From Nitrosospira multiformis ATCC 25196 (lineage in GTDB: Bacteria > Pseudomonadota > Gammaproteobacteria > Burkholderiales > Nitrosomonadaceae), in contig NC_007614.1 of assembly GCF_000196355.1 (NCBI RefSeq), forward strand, positions 1,020,001 to 1,052,000: a stretch of 32,000 nt of DNA, given 5' to 3'. The translations under genes and the position numbers were made by a program. The notes under the pieces are model-generated. The model was not told where the DNA came from. It saw only the letters and a program-made list of their open reading frames with translations, and did not search any database. Below, piece after piece: positions 9,836 to 18,447 of this stretch. Numbering within the stretch: position 1 is the first letter of the stretch; the number at the start of each line of letters is the position of its first letter.

Positions 9836-9854
9836 CAGGCTTATCCTAAGCCTG
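9836..9854. terminator. Hairpin between usp and the HPF-like gene (possible terminator or processing element)
   Basis: CAGGCTTA-TCC-TAAGCCTG, a perfect 8-bp stem with a 3-nt loop; no clear T-tract follows on the + strand. Confidence 0.35.
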
Positions 9855-9890
9855 GTGCAGTATGATTCTATCATCGAGAGGACATAAGTC

Positions 9891-10478
9891 ATGAAATTGC
9901 AACTTCAGATCACCACACGCGATATTCCCCATTCTGACGCACTGGAAAGCCATATTCGGCAAAAAGCGGAAAAGCTCGAGACTTTTTATCCCCAGATCAT
10001 GGGGTGCAGGATAGTCGTCGAGGTTCCTCACAAACACAAACACCAGGGCAACCTGTTCAATGTGCGGCTGGACATCACAGTGCCGGGAAAGGAGCTTGTG
10101 GTGACCCGTGAACCGAACGAGGATGTGTACGTTGCGCTGCGCGATGCATTCGACGCCGCAAAGCGTCAGCTCGAAGACTACGGACGGCGCCAGCGCGGTG
10201 AAGTCAAGGCGCATGCTCCCGTCCTGCATGGAAAGGTGGTACGGCTGATGCCGGAGGAAGGCTATGGTTTCGTCGAAACTTCGAGTGGACAGGAGTTGTA
10301 CTTTCATCGCGAAAATCTTGCCAACAATAACTTTGAGCAATTGGAAGAAGGAAGCGAGGTGCAGTTCCTCGAAGATATCGGCAGTGAAGGTTTTCAGGCA
10401 AAGCGCGTCAGTACAGGCAAGCGTCAGGTAGAAGAACCCGAAGAAGCAGAGCCGCGCTTGACAGGTTCGGCGGATTAG
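9891..10478 (+). CDS. Ribosome hibernation promoting factor-like (HPF/RaiA) protein with C-terminal cold-shock domain
   Basis: N-term MKLQLQITTRDIPHSDALESHIRQKAEKLETFYPQIMGCRIVVE (S30AE fold), C-term GKVVRLMPEEGYGFVETSSGQELYFHRENL (CSD with RNP-like GYGFV and YFH). Confidence 0.9.
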   Translation: MKLQLQITTRDIPHSDALESHIRQKAEKLETFYPQIMGCRIVVEVPHKHKHQGNLFNVRLDITVPGKELVVTREPNEDVYVALRDAFDAAKRQLEDYGRRQRGEVKAHAPVLHGKVVRLMPEEGYGFVETSSGQELYFHRENLANNNFEQLEEGSEVQFLEDIGSEGFQAKRVSTGKRQVEEPEEAEPRLTGSAD

Positions 10479-10551
10479 ACTAAGTCCGGCGCACTCAACC
10501 GAAGAATGTAAAGTGCAGGGAGCAAAGCGGCAAAGGGGATAGGAGATTGCC

Positions 10552-11133
10552 ATGAAAATGGACATAGGCACCGGTGATGCCCTTATCATAGTGGATGTGC
10601 AAAACGACTTTCTGCCCGGCGGAAGCCTTCCTGTACCGGCGGGAGATGAGGTCATCCCAAACCTTAACCGGTATATCGCAGCTTTTCTTTTTCGCGAATT
10701 ACCTATTTTCGCTACTCGCGACTGGCATCCGCCTGATCACTGCTCCTTTCATCAGCAAGGAGGGCCTTGGCCCGCGCACTGTATTGCCGGCACGCAGGGC
10801 GCGGCATTTCCGGCGAATCTTGAAATCCCCTGCGACACGCATATCATTTCCAAGGCCACCTCCAGGGAGAAAGATGCTTATTCCGGTTTTTCGGAAACAG
10901 AACTGGATGCCATGCTGAAATCCGCAGGAATTTCCCGTGTTTTCATCGGTGGCCTGGCTACGGATCATTGCGTTCTCAGTACCGTACGGGATGCCTTGAA
11001 CCAGGGGTATGACATCTTTGTTCTCAAGGATGCAGTACGGGGGCTGGATGCCGACGCAACCAGCGCCGCCCTAGAGGAAATGGCCCATCTGGGCGCAAAA
11101 CTCATCGATTTCGAAACCATTGTCCCTGCGTGA
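10552..11133 (+). CDS. pncA: Nicotinamidase/isochorismatase family protein
   Basis: 193 aa: DALIIVDVQNDFLPGGSLPVPAGDEVIP...FATRDWHPPDH.SF...GGPWPAHCI.GTQGA...SKAT...GLATDHCVLSTVRDALNQGY. Confidence 0.93.
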   Translation: MKMDIGTGDALIIVDVQNDFLPGGSLPVPAGDEVIPNLNRYIAAFLFRELPIFATRDWHPPDHCSFHQQGGPWPAHCIAGTQGAAFPANLEIPCDTHIISKATSREKDAYSGFSETELDAMLKSAGISRVFIGGLATDHCVLSTVRDALNQGYDIFVLKDAVRGLDADATSAALEEMAHLGAKLIDFETIVPA

Positions 11134-12503
11134 ACCCACTCTCCAGCCCGCTACTGACCGACCATTACCAGTTGACCATGCTGGAGAGCTACCTTCAGCA
11201 GGGAATGCAGGAAACTGCGGTTTTCGAGCTGTTTTTCCGCAAGCTTCCCCCGACCCGGAATTTTCTGGTGGCGGCGGGTCTGGAACAGGCGCTGGAATTC
11301 CTTGAGAACCTGCATTTTTCAGCGGGGGAGTTGACATGGCTCAAGGCCCGGTTTGGACCTGCTCTTGTAAATTACCTTGAACAATTCCGGTTTACCGGCG
11401 ATGTGGATGCAATGCCGGAAGGGACGCTTTTTTTTCCGGATGAGCCCATCCTTCGGATCACGGCGCCGCTGCCGCAAGCCCAGTTCGTTGAATCGCGTAT
11501 CATCAACCTGCTGCATTTCGAAACCCTGATCGCCTCAAAGGCAGCACGCTCAGTGCTGGTTGCGCCCGGCAAACTCCTGGTGGATTTCGGCATGCGCCGG
11601 GCACATGGAGCGGAAGCCGCGTTGCTTGCCGCCCGGGCAAGTTATCTTGCCGGTTTTTCCGGCACATCAACAGTACTTGCGGCGGCAATATATGGCATGC
11701 CTTCGTTCGGCACCGTTGCTCATTCCTACATTCAGGCCCATACAGACGAGACTGCCGCTTTCGAACATCTTGTGCGTTGCCATCCGAAAAACTCGACGCT
11801 GCTGATCGATACCTACGACACCGAGGCGGCTGCCATCAAGGTCGTCGCCCTGGCCCGCAAACTTGCACCGGAGGGCATCGAGGTAAGTGGCGTCCGGCTG
11901 GACAGCGGCGACTTGGGAATGCATGCCCGGCGCGTGCGCCGGATACTCGACGAGGGGAGACTCGAAAAAACCCGCATCTTTGCCAGCGGTAATCTGAACG
12001 AAAATCGGGTGCATGAACTGATTTCATCCGGCGCTCCCATTGACGGCTTTGGCGTGGGTACTGCATTAGACGTGTCGAGCGACGCTCCGGCGCTGGATTG
12101 CGCCTATAAGCTGCAGGAGTACGCCGGCAAGGCCCGCCGCAAACGCTCCGAGGGAAAAGCGACATGGCCGGGTCGGAAGCAGGTGTATCGCAAATATGAC
12201 CCGAATGGCCAAGCGATGCGCGATGTTATTGCACTGGAAAAGGATGATTCGCATGAGGGCGAGCCTTTAATTGTCCCTGTGATGCGGAATGGGCGGCGCA
12301 TTGAAGGGATCGACGGGAATGGGAAGCTGGAGGCCATCCGCCGGCGAACAGTGGCGAACTATGCCCGCCTGCCGGAACCCCTCCGATCGCTTGAAACGGC
12401 ATCCGCTTACCCGGTCGAAATCTCCCCCTCGCTGCAGGCTCTGGCAAAACAGGTGGATGACGAGTGCGGCCTCATTACCTCTACCCGGAACCTTTGCGTC
12501 TGA
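11130..12503 (+). CDS. pncB: Nicotinate phosphoribosyltransferase
   Basis: 457 aa starting at GTG 11130, overlapping pncA by 4 nt; LLTDHYQLTMLESYLQQGMQETAVFELFFRKLPPTRNFLVAAGLEQALEFL...FGTVAHSYIQAH...DTYDTEAAA...VSGVRLDSGDLG. Confidence 0.95.
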   Translation: MNPLSSPLLTDHYQLTMLESYLQQGMQETAVFELFFRKLPPTRNFLVAAGLEQALEFLENLHFSAGELTWLKARFGPALVNYLEQFRFTGDVDAMPEGTLFFPDEPILRITAPLPQAQFVESRIINLLHFETLIASKAARSVLVAPGKLLVDFGMRRAHGAEAALLAARASYLAGFSGTSTVLAAAIYGMPSFGTVAHSYIQAHTDETAAFEHLVRCHPKNSTLLIDTYDTEAAAIKVVALARKLAPEGIEVSGVRLDSGDLGMHARRVRRILDEGRLEKTRIFASGNLNENRVHELISSGAPIDGFGVGTALDVSSDAPALDCAYKLQEYAGKARRKRSEGKATWPGRKQVYRKYDPNGQAMRDVIALEKDDSHEGEPLIVPVMRNGRRIEGIDGNGKLEAIRRRTVANYARLPEPLRSLETASAYPVEISPSLQALAKQVDDECGLITSTRNLCV

Positions 12504-12569
12504 GCGGGTGTTGACCTGACCTTCGTATCCTGCCGCGCTCGAGGATACCTTCGGAGGAGTAGGGACGGC

Positions 12570-13274
12570 TCATGCAACTGCCTCGTTGAGGGTGCCCGCC
12601 AGCAGGCTGCGTAACGCACGCCACCGCCAGCCGCCCTTGAGAATATGCTTCTGGTTGACCTCCAGTTCGATGCCGACGTAAGCATTGACAGGAAATCGGC
12701 GGCGCAGGTAGGTGGGGAAACCGTTTGCCGATCCGGTGTAGGGATAGTTGCGGCGTACCCTTAAATCGGGCATGTGGGCGGCAAGGCACACTCGCCAGCG
12801 GGTGCACAGTTCTTGCTCAAGATGGCGTGAGGGATCATAAAGCAGTCCGATATCGGTATTGCGAACTTCCCCCTTCAATTCGGGAGTGAAGCTGTGTGAG
12901 GAGATGTGGATTACCCTCAGGCCGGAGCGAATGGCATCCGCGATGTTCGCTTCCACCCAAGTGCGATAAGGCAAGTAGTGGTTCTTCAGAATCTCCTGGC
13001 GGACGGCGGCAGATGTGTTGCGCGTCGCTTCCGAATAAAGGCGGGGGTGACCGATCGAGCGGTTGAGGTCGATCAGCAGACGGCTTGTTGTAGCGGCGAA
13101 CAATGGCGAGTGCAGTGCCATGGCAAGTTTTTTAGCCAAGCCCAAAGCGCCGCTGTCATAGCCCCGGTGGCTGTGCAACAAATGCTCGTAGCCTTCGAAC
13201 AGCGGACGGTAGCGCGGTGGCATGCGGTTACCCCCATGTTCACAACTGATTAAAAAATGAATATTCGTCGGCAT
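12570..13274 (-). CDS. N-formylglutamate amidohydrolase-like protein
   Basis: 234 aa: FLISCEHGGNRMPPRYRPLF...HRGYDSGALGLAKKLA...LLIDLNRSIGHPRLYSEATR...VIHISSHSFTP...DIGLLYDPSR. Confidence 0.88.
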   Translation of the reverse strand: MPTNIHFLISCEHGGNRMPPRYRPLFEGYEHLLHSHRGYDSGALGLAKKLAMALHSPLFAATTSRLLIDLNRSIGHPRLYSEATRNTSAAVRQEILKNHYLPYRTWVEANIADAIRSGLRVIHISSHSFTPELKGEVRNTDIGLLYDPSRHLEQELCTRWRVCLAAHMPDLRVRRNYPYTGSANGFPTYLRRRFPVNAYVGIELEVNQKHILKGGWRWRALRSLLAGTLNEAVA

Positions 13275-13304
13275 TCTGTTGAAGTCATATGCAACTCGTT
13301 CAAT

Positions 13305-14543
13305 TCATTTCAGAAACATGCGATTTTCGTCCAGACAATCGCACAGCTCGCGGTAGACCGTCTCCAACCGTCTCCTGCTGAAGTCGGAACCGATCGCATT
13401 CAGGATGCGGCGCGCAAGCGAGCCCTCTCTTAAAATGGTTTGCAGCGCTTCTCGGCAGCTTTTTCCTTGCCTGGATTCGACTGGCATCTCAGACTCGACA
13501 AGATGTCGCCACAGAACGCCAGCCGTGCAATCCGTACCCGGAAAACCCATCAGGCGAAGGTATGCCACATTATCGATTACGGCTTGCTCTGCGTCACGGA
13601 TGCAGGCATGCATGATCCTGACCAATGCTTCCGTGGCGATGGATTGCTGCGCGACCAGCGACGCGTAAGCTTCGCTATAGAGCGCATGCACGATATTGAT
13701 CGCAGCAGCGGCGATGGCAAAGTCAGCACTCGAGCATTCCTGGGTATCGATTACGCGGATCTCGATAGCGTTACGGTCAAAGCGGGGAATTTCCCCGCGC
13801 GCATTGAGCCACTCATGCTGTAGCATTTCTTCCGGATCGAGTGCTGCAATTTCGCGGTACATCGGCGCCAGAATCTTTTCTTCATAGGCGGCGGCACTGG
13901 AGACTGTTTCCGGGATTACCCGGCCGATGGTCGAGGGTACCTTCAGCTGGTGCTCGCAGTAATTTGCCATCCGGAAATCCAGGCAACCAGAATAGCTGCC
14001 TTCGGCGATCGGGGAGCTTGCCGCTACTGCTGGAAGAATGGGCAGCAGCAGCCGCACCGCGGCGTGAAGCCGCGCAAATTCATCGTCGTTTGCGAAAGGC
14101 ATGTTCAGGTGCATGCTTTGCAGGTTGGCCCAGCCATGTCTTCTGCAATCGAAGATATGGTCATAGGCCAGATAGATTTCCGCCTGCTCGTGCGGCCAAA
14201 GGCGGGTCTCCGTGCGGGGATTCATCCAGGGGTGCATGCCGGTCGGCATGAGCCGTGCATTCATCGATTCGAGCACCTTGCTGATCCGCCGGATTTCGCC
14301 TTGAAACGCGACAGACAGGGAGGAAATGTCCGGTTGCGGGTCGATGTTTTTCAGTTCGAGCAGATGCAGCACCAGCTCGTTCGACCATCCCAACTGGCCG
14401 TTCCCGGCCTCGGATGCAAACGCGCCGGTAAGCTTTCGCAGCAACTCGTCGGCAATAGGAACAATCGCGAGCGTATTCCGGTCGACAATCATGTACTCCA
14501 GTTCGATGCCATAACCTGTAAAGGCCGGCAATGCCGCAGTCAT
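13305..14543 (-). CDS. Glutamate-cysteine ligase 2 (GCS2)-like carboxylate-amine ligase
   Basis: 412 aa: GYGIELEYMIVDRNTL...NELVLHLLELKN...GMHPWMNP...DHIFDCRRHGWANLQSMHLNMPFA...IEIRVIDTQECSSADFAIA. Confidence 0.85.
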   Translation of the reverse strand: MTAALPAFTGYGIELEYMIVDRNTLAIVPIADELLRKLTGAFASEAGNGQLGWSNELVLHLLELKNIDPQPDISSLSVAFQGEIRRISKVLESMNARLMPTGMHPWMNPRTETRLWPHEQAEIYLAYDHIFDCRRHGWANLQSMHLNMPFANDDEFARLHAAVRLLLPILPAVAASSPIAEGSYSGCLDFRMANYCEHQLKVPSTIGRVIPETVSSAAAYEEKILAPMYREIAALDPEEMLQHEWLNARGEIPRFDRNAIEIRVIDTQECSSADFAIAAAAINIVHALYSEAYASLVAQQSIATEALVRIMHACIRDAEQAVIDNVAYLRLMGFPGTDCTAGVLWRHLVESEMPVESRQGKSCREALQTILREGSLARRILNAIGSDFSRRRLETVYRELCDCLDENRMFLK

Positions 14544-15280
14544 GTTGCCTTATCCGGCTCGTCTCGTGTTCGGATGACGAGCAGATTGGCATCATGCGTC
14601 ACGATGCCCAGCAGCACGGAGCACAATACCCGGTCGATGTTGCTCCAGTACTCCTGGGCCGGGCCGTATGGATCGGCGACAAGAACTGTACGCTTCTCGC
14701 GGTCATAACCGGTGAGTACGACAAAATGCCCGGCTGGAAAACCACGCACATCATCCGGTATGTCATTTGGCCCGTATTCCCGGGGAGCGCGGTAAAGGAA
14801 AGTGGAGCTCAGGCCAGTCAGGACAGGCAGGCCGCGACGTAAAAGGCCGTGGATGAGGGATTGCGAGAGGTCTGTGAGACGTAATCGTCCGCCTAAACGC
14901 AGAAACTCCAAATAACCCTCCGTGGCCCGTCGCAATCTCGAGTCCGACTTGATCTCGCGTTGCCGTTGCAGGCGTTCCGCGATATCCATCCCTGATGTGA
15001 ACCAGGTTGGATCGAAAACCATCAGGTTGTACGTATAGATGGTGGCATGGAAACCGTTTCGCAACGCATCGCAACCTAAAAAAACGGCAAAGGTTCCTCC
15101 ACCGTTTTCAAGCTTGTGGGTGCGGTCAATGATGGTGTCCAGCAGTTCCGCCTTGCCGAGATAGCTGTAGATGGCATGCAGGCACGTTGGACCACATGTC
15201 GTTTCATCGGGTTGCGGCAGTGTTTTGACGGGTAAGCGCAGTGTTGTTCTGAGCATGGCAAATGGGCGGCAGAGGCACAT
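14540..15280 (-). CDS. Peptidase C39-like family protein
   Basis: MLRTTLRLPVKTLPQPDETTCGPTCLHAIYSYLG...GHFVVLTGYDREKRTVLVADPY; Cys and His of a C39-type peptidase. It overlaps the GCS2-like gene by 4 nt. The true start may be the internal ATG at 15256. Confidence 0.75.
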   Translation of the reverse strand: MCLCRPFAMLRTTLRLPVKTLPQPDETTCGPTCLHAIYSYLGKAELLDTIIDRTHKLENGGGTFAVFLGCDALRNGFHATIYTYNLMVFDPTWFTSGMDIAERLQRQREIKSDSRLRRATEGYLEFLRLGGRLRLTDLSQSLIHGLLRRGLPVLTGLSSTFLYRAPREYGPNDIPDDVRGFPAGHFVVLTGYDREKRTVLVADPYGPAQEYWSNIDRVLCSVLLGIVTHDANLLVIRTRDEPDKAT

Positions 15281-15714
15281 GTCATGACAGCTTCGCTGTA
15301 GCTAAAGAACATGGGGAACATAGGAGCATGGGGATCCGCCATGGGGCTGTTCCCGGGCCGGCCTTGTTCGAAGTCCCTCTATAAAGGTTAGGTGATGCGC
15401 TGGAAGAAATCCAGTTCGTGGAGCATGCTCATCAAATGCTCTCTCTACTGGGGGAGAGGAATGGTGAGAGGATGGCAGTCGAAGAATCGAACGCTTTTCA
15501 GCGCAGATTTGTCGAAACCTCGGTTTCCAGTCAGGGGACCTACCCTGGCAGAAGGCACCAATCTGGCGCCGATCTCAATCTCTCCGCGCCTAGTCTTTTA
15601 GGCAAGCCAGACGCCAGCGAGATAACCGGAACAGACGGCAGAGCCGATAATAAGAAGATGGCCTTCAGCCATTTTGCCTTGCCACTTCTTCCGAGAACCT
15701 CGCTTGCCTATCAG

Positions 15715-18342
15715 TCAGGCGGCTGCCGCCTCCTTCTGGACCCAGAACAGATACATGGTATTGAACGTGTCAGGGTTCTCGGTTTCGAATATGTGCCAGC
15801 GGTCGAGATCGGTTTGAGGAACATCCTCCGGAAAGCGCCGCCGATACTGATTAACCGTGCTTTGCCCAATCGAAAATCCGAGGAATATCAAACCAAGCTC
15901 CCGAAGATCTTCCTTGATGTGGGGAAGAGTATAACGATGCTCCTGGACATGGAATAGCATGTCGCGACACTCGCTCAAAGTATAGAAATCCCGTGCGGAT
16001 AAAACCTGACGAAATGTGTCTCCATTTTCTGGCGACATCATCTCCTGGCGACACGTCCTGATGTCTTCGGCAATGGGCTTGTATCCTCTTTGAGCAATAA
16101 AACGTTGGGCAAAAGCCAGGTGCGACCGTGCGTACTCGCTATACAGGCCGATACGCATGAAGCCGCCAGGCCGGAGCAAGGAAAGCAGCTTACGCCACCC
16201 GAGGAGAGGGTCGGAAAGATGGTGTAGAACGCCAACTGCTTCGATCACGTCGAAGAGTTTGCTACCTCTCGCCGCTATGCTCTCAGAATCGAGGTTCAGG
16301 ATGTCTGCCTGCGCGTATTCGATATTCCGTACGCACAACTCATCAGTCTTCCTTTTGGCATAACAGAGCGATCTTGAACTAAGATCGACAGCAAGAACAT
16401 TCGCATTCTTGAATCGCTGCGCGGCGGCAATGGCATGCCGGCCGGTTCCGCATCCCGCGACCAGAACCTCGATCGCGTCTTTGACACTTTCATTCCGATG
16501 TCCACGACTGGCAGACGATTCAAATCGCGCATAAGGGAAGCGGCTACTCAGGTAGCGGTCCACTAATTCGCTACCGGGCCGTAACGGAACCTTGATCCAT
16601 CTCGGATAAGGATTCTCTTCATACTGATTACGCACACGGCATGAAGTATCGTCTACGATGGCTGTCAGGGAAGGAAGGTGGGACAGATTCCGCTCTTCCT
16701 TCAGCGGCTCTTGCACCTGTTGCAAGAGCAGTGCTGCTATCGGGTCAGGCCAGGAATGGTCGAGAAGTCGTTCAGCAAATGGCAACGAACGGAGCGGAAA
16801 ATAAGCAGCCGCCGCTGCAAGCGATAGCGGGTGGATGGTTCCGTTGGCTTGCAGTGCGGCGGTGACTTGTTCCTTCAACTTCAGCGCCTGCTCATATTCC
16901 TCTGCCGAATATGCGAAAACATATTCGTTGATGAAGCATTGCCGCGCCAGTGCGCACCAAAATAAATCCCCTTCCTCCTGCCACTCCCGGCCATCTCCTC
17001 GTACCTTGCCGGCCCCATTTTCTTCGGCTATGGCTATTTGCAGAAGGCAATAGCGCAGCGAGGTCAAAAACTGTTCAAGTTCAACATCGCAAACAGGAGT
17101 ATTTTCCATCAAAGCCCGCAGCAGCTCATTATTGAACACTGCAGCAAAGCCGGCTTTGCTTGATTCAGATTTATCAAAAAGCTTCTGGCACGACATCCCG
17201 CCAGCCTGCGCTGTCTTCATCCCGTCGAGATGCCCACGTATGGCACAGTCTCTCTTGATCAGCGAAACAGCGGGGTTTCCAAAATCGTCTGGCTGGCCCC
17301 ATGTTTCGGATATGGCTCGAACAAGGAGAGAATGAAGGCGAGGTATGTCATGATCGCAGTAAAAATTCGCGATGCAATCTGTAAAATTCCTCTTTATATC
17401 GGAGTCATCGCAAAGTTCAAGTGCATCCCAGTAATCGATTACGGCATTGTCAGCCTTATGCTGTTGCCACAGCACATATGCACGATTGCTATAGGCCCGC
17501 GCATATCCAGGGTTCAGCTCAATAGCCCGGCCATAAGCAACTGCTGCTTCATCCAATCTCCCCAGCTCACGCAGCGCGTTTCCCAGATTGTTGAATGCCT
17601 CCGGAAACTGCGGCTTGTACAGGATGGCCTTTCCAAAACTTGATACTGCCTCTTCAAATTTACCTTGTTCCACGAGGACATTTCCCAGATTGTTGAATGC
17701 CTCTGCAGAATCCGGCTTTAACAGGAGTGCCTTGCGGAAGCTTGATACGGCATTTTCGAGATCCCCCTGCTCTCTATGGACGATGCCGATATTACAGTGC
17801 ATCTCCGCAAGCTGAGGCTGGATGCCGAGAGCCTTTCGATAATTGATCATCGCGTCATCCAGCCTGCCTTGCTCCCTGAGGGCGTTTCCAAGATTGCCAT
17901 AGGCCTCGGCAAAACGAGGCTCAAGTTTCACGGCAGTCCGGTAAGAGGCGATTGCATCATTCAATTTTCCTTGTTGTCTGAGCGTGTTACCAAGGTTGTT
18001 ATGTGCCTCCACGTAGTTGGGCTTGAACCTCAAGGCTCTCTTGATGAGTTCGATACCGATATCGATCCTGCCTGCATCCCGAGCCAGGAGGCCCAGGAAA
18101 TGCAGTGCATCGGGATGATTCGGATCAAGCTGAAGTATGTGTTGATAAATTGCTTCCGCTTGGGACAAATTTCCCCTCTTGTGATGCTCGACAGCGGCTT
18201 GAAGGTACTGCAGGATGGATTGTCGCGGAGACGTGTCGGCGAGTGAGGCTGCCGGGTTCGCTTCCGCGTTCCTTTCGCAGCAGTGCTTGTATTTCTTTCC
18301 GCTTCCACACGGGCATGGTTCATTCCGTCCAATCTTTTTCAT
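15715..18342 (-). CDS. SEC-C motif + TPR repeat + class I SAM-dependent methyltransferase fusion
   Basis: N-term MKKIGRNEPCPCGSGKKYKHCC (SEC-C zinc motif), about 8 consecutive 34-aa TPR units (e.g. PNYVEAHNNLGNTLRQQGKLNDAIASYRTAVKLE), then YEENPYPRW and methyltransferase motif IEVLVAGCGTGRHAIAAAQRF..VLAVDLS. Start chosen at an internal ATG of the 18366 ORF. Confidence 0.9.
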   Translation of the reverse strand: MKKIGRNEPCPCGSGKKYKHCCERNAEANPAASLADTSPRQSILQYLQAAVEHHKRGNLSQAEAIYQHILQLDPNHPDALHFLGLLARDAGRIDIGIELIKRALRFKPNYVEAHNNLGNTLRQQGKLNDAIASYRTAVKLEPRFAEAYGNLGNALREQGRLDDAMINYRKALGIQPQLAEMHCNIGIVHREQGDLENAVSSFRKALLLKPDSAEAFNNLGNVLVEQGKFEEAVSSFGKAILYKPQFPEAFNNLGNALRELGRLDEAAVAYGRAIELNPGYARAYSNRAYVLWQQHKADNAVIDYWDALELCDDSDIKRNFTDCIANFYCDHDIPRLHSLLVRAISETWGQPDDFGNPAVSLIKRDCAIRGHLDGMKTAQAGGMSCQKLFDKSESSKAGFAAVFNNELLRALMENTPVCDVELEQFLTSLRYCLLQIAIAEENGAGKVRGDGREWQEEGDLFWCALARQCFINEYVFAYSAEEYEQALKLKEQVTAALQANGTIHPLSLAAAAAYFPLRSLPFAERLLDHSWPDPIAALLLQQVQEPLKEERNLSHLPSLTAIVDDTSCRVRNQYEENPYPRWIKVPLRPGSELVDRYLSSRFPYARFESSASRGHRNESVKDAIEVLVAGCGTGRHAIAAAQRFKNANVLAVDLSSRSLCYAKRKTDELCVRNIEYAQADILNLDSESIAARGSKLFDVIEAVGVLHHLSDPLLGWRKLLSLLRPGGFMRIGLYSEYARSHLAFAQRFIAQRGYKPIAEDIRTCRQEMMSPENGDTFRQVLSARDFYTLSECRDMLFHVQEHRYTLPHIKEDLRELGLIFLGFSIGQSTVNQYRRRFPEDVPQTDLDRWHIFETENPDTFNTMYLFWVQKEAAAA

Positions 18343-18447
18343 GCTTTCAAGTTTTAAGCCAGTCAAGCTTTAGCATCCTGTCCCTGCCCCGAAGCGGCGC
18401 GAACAAGAGCAACGAAAGTTGCCTGATTTGTTGAAACAGCAGTTGGA

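Noticed and set aside
17400-18240. Tandem DNA-level repetition with about 102-bp period
   Set aside because: It is fully explained by 34-aa TPR units; it is not a CRISPR or satellite array.
16157-18434. Multiple plus-strand ORFs of 60-156 aa opposite the TPR/methyltransferase gene
   Set aside because: Repetition in these ORFs mirrors the 102-bp TPR coding units on the other strand, so they are shadow ORFs.
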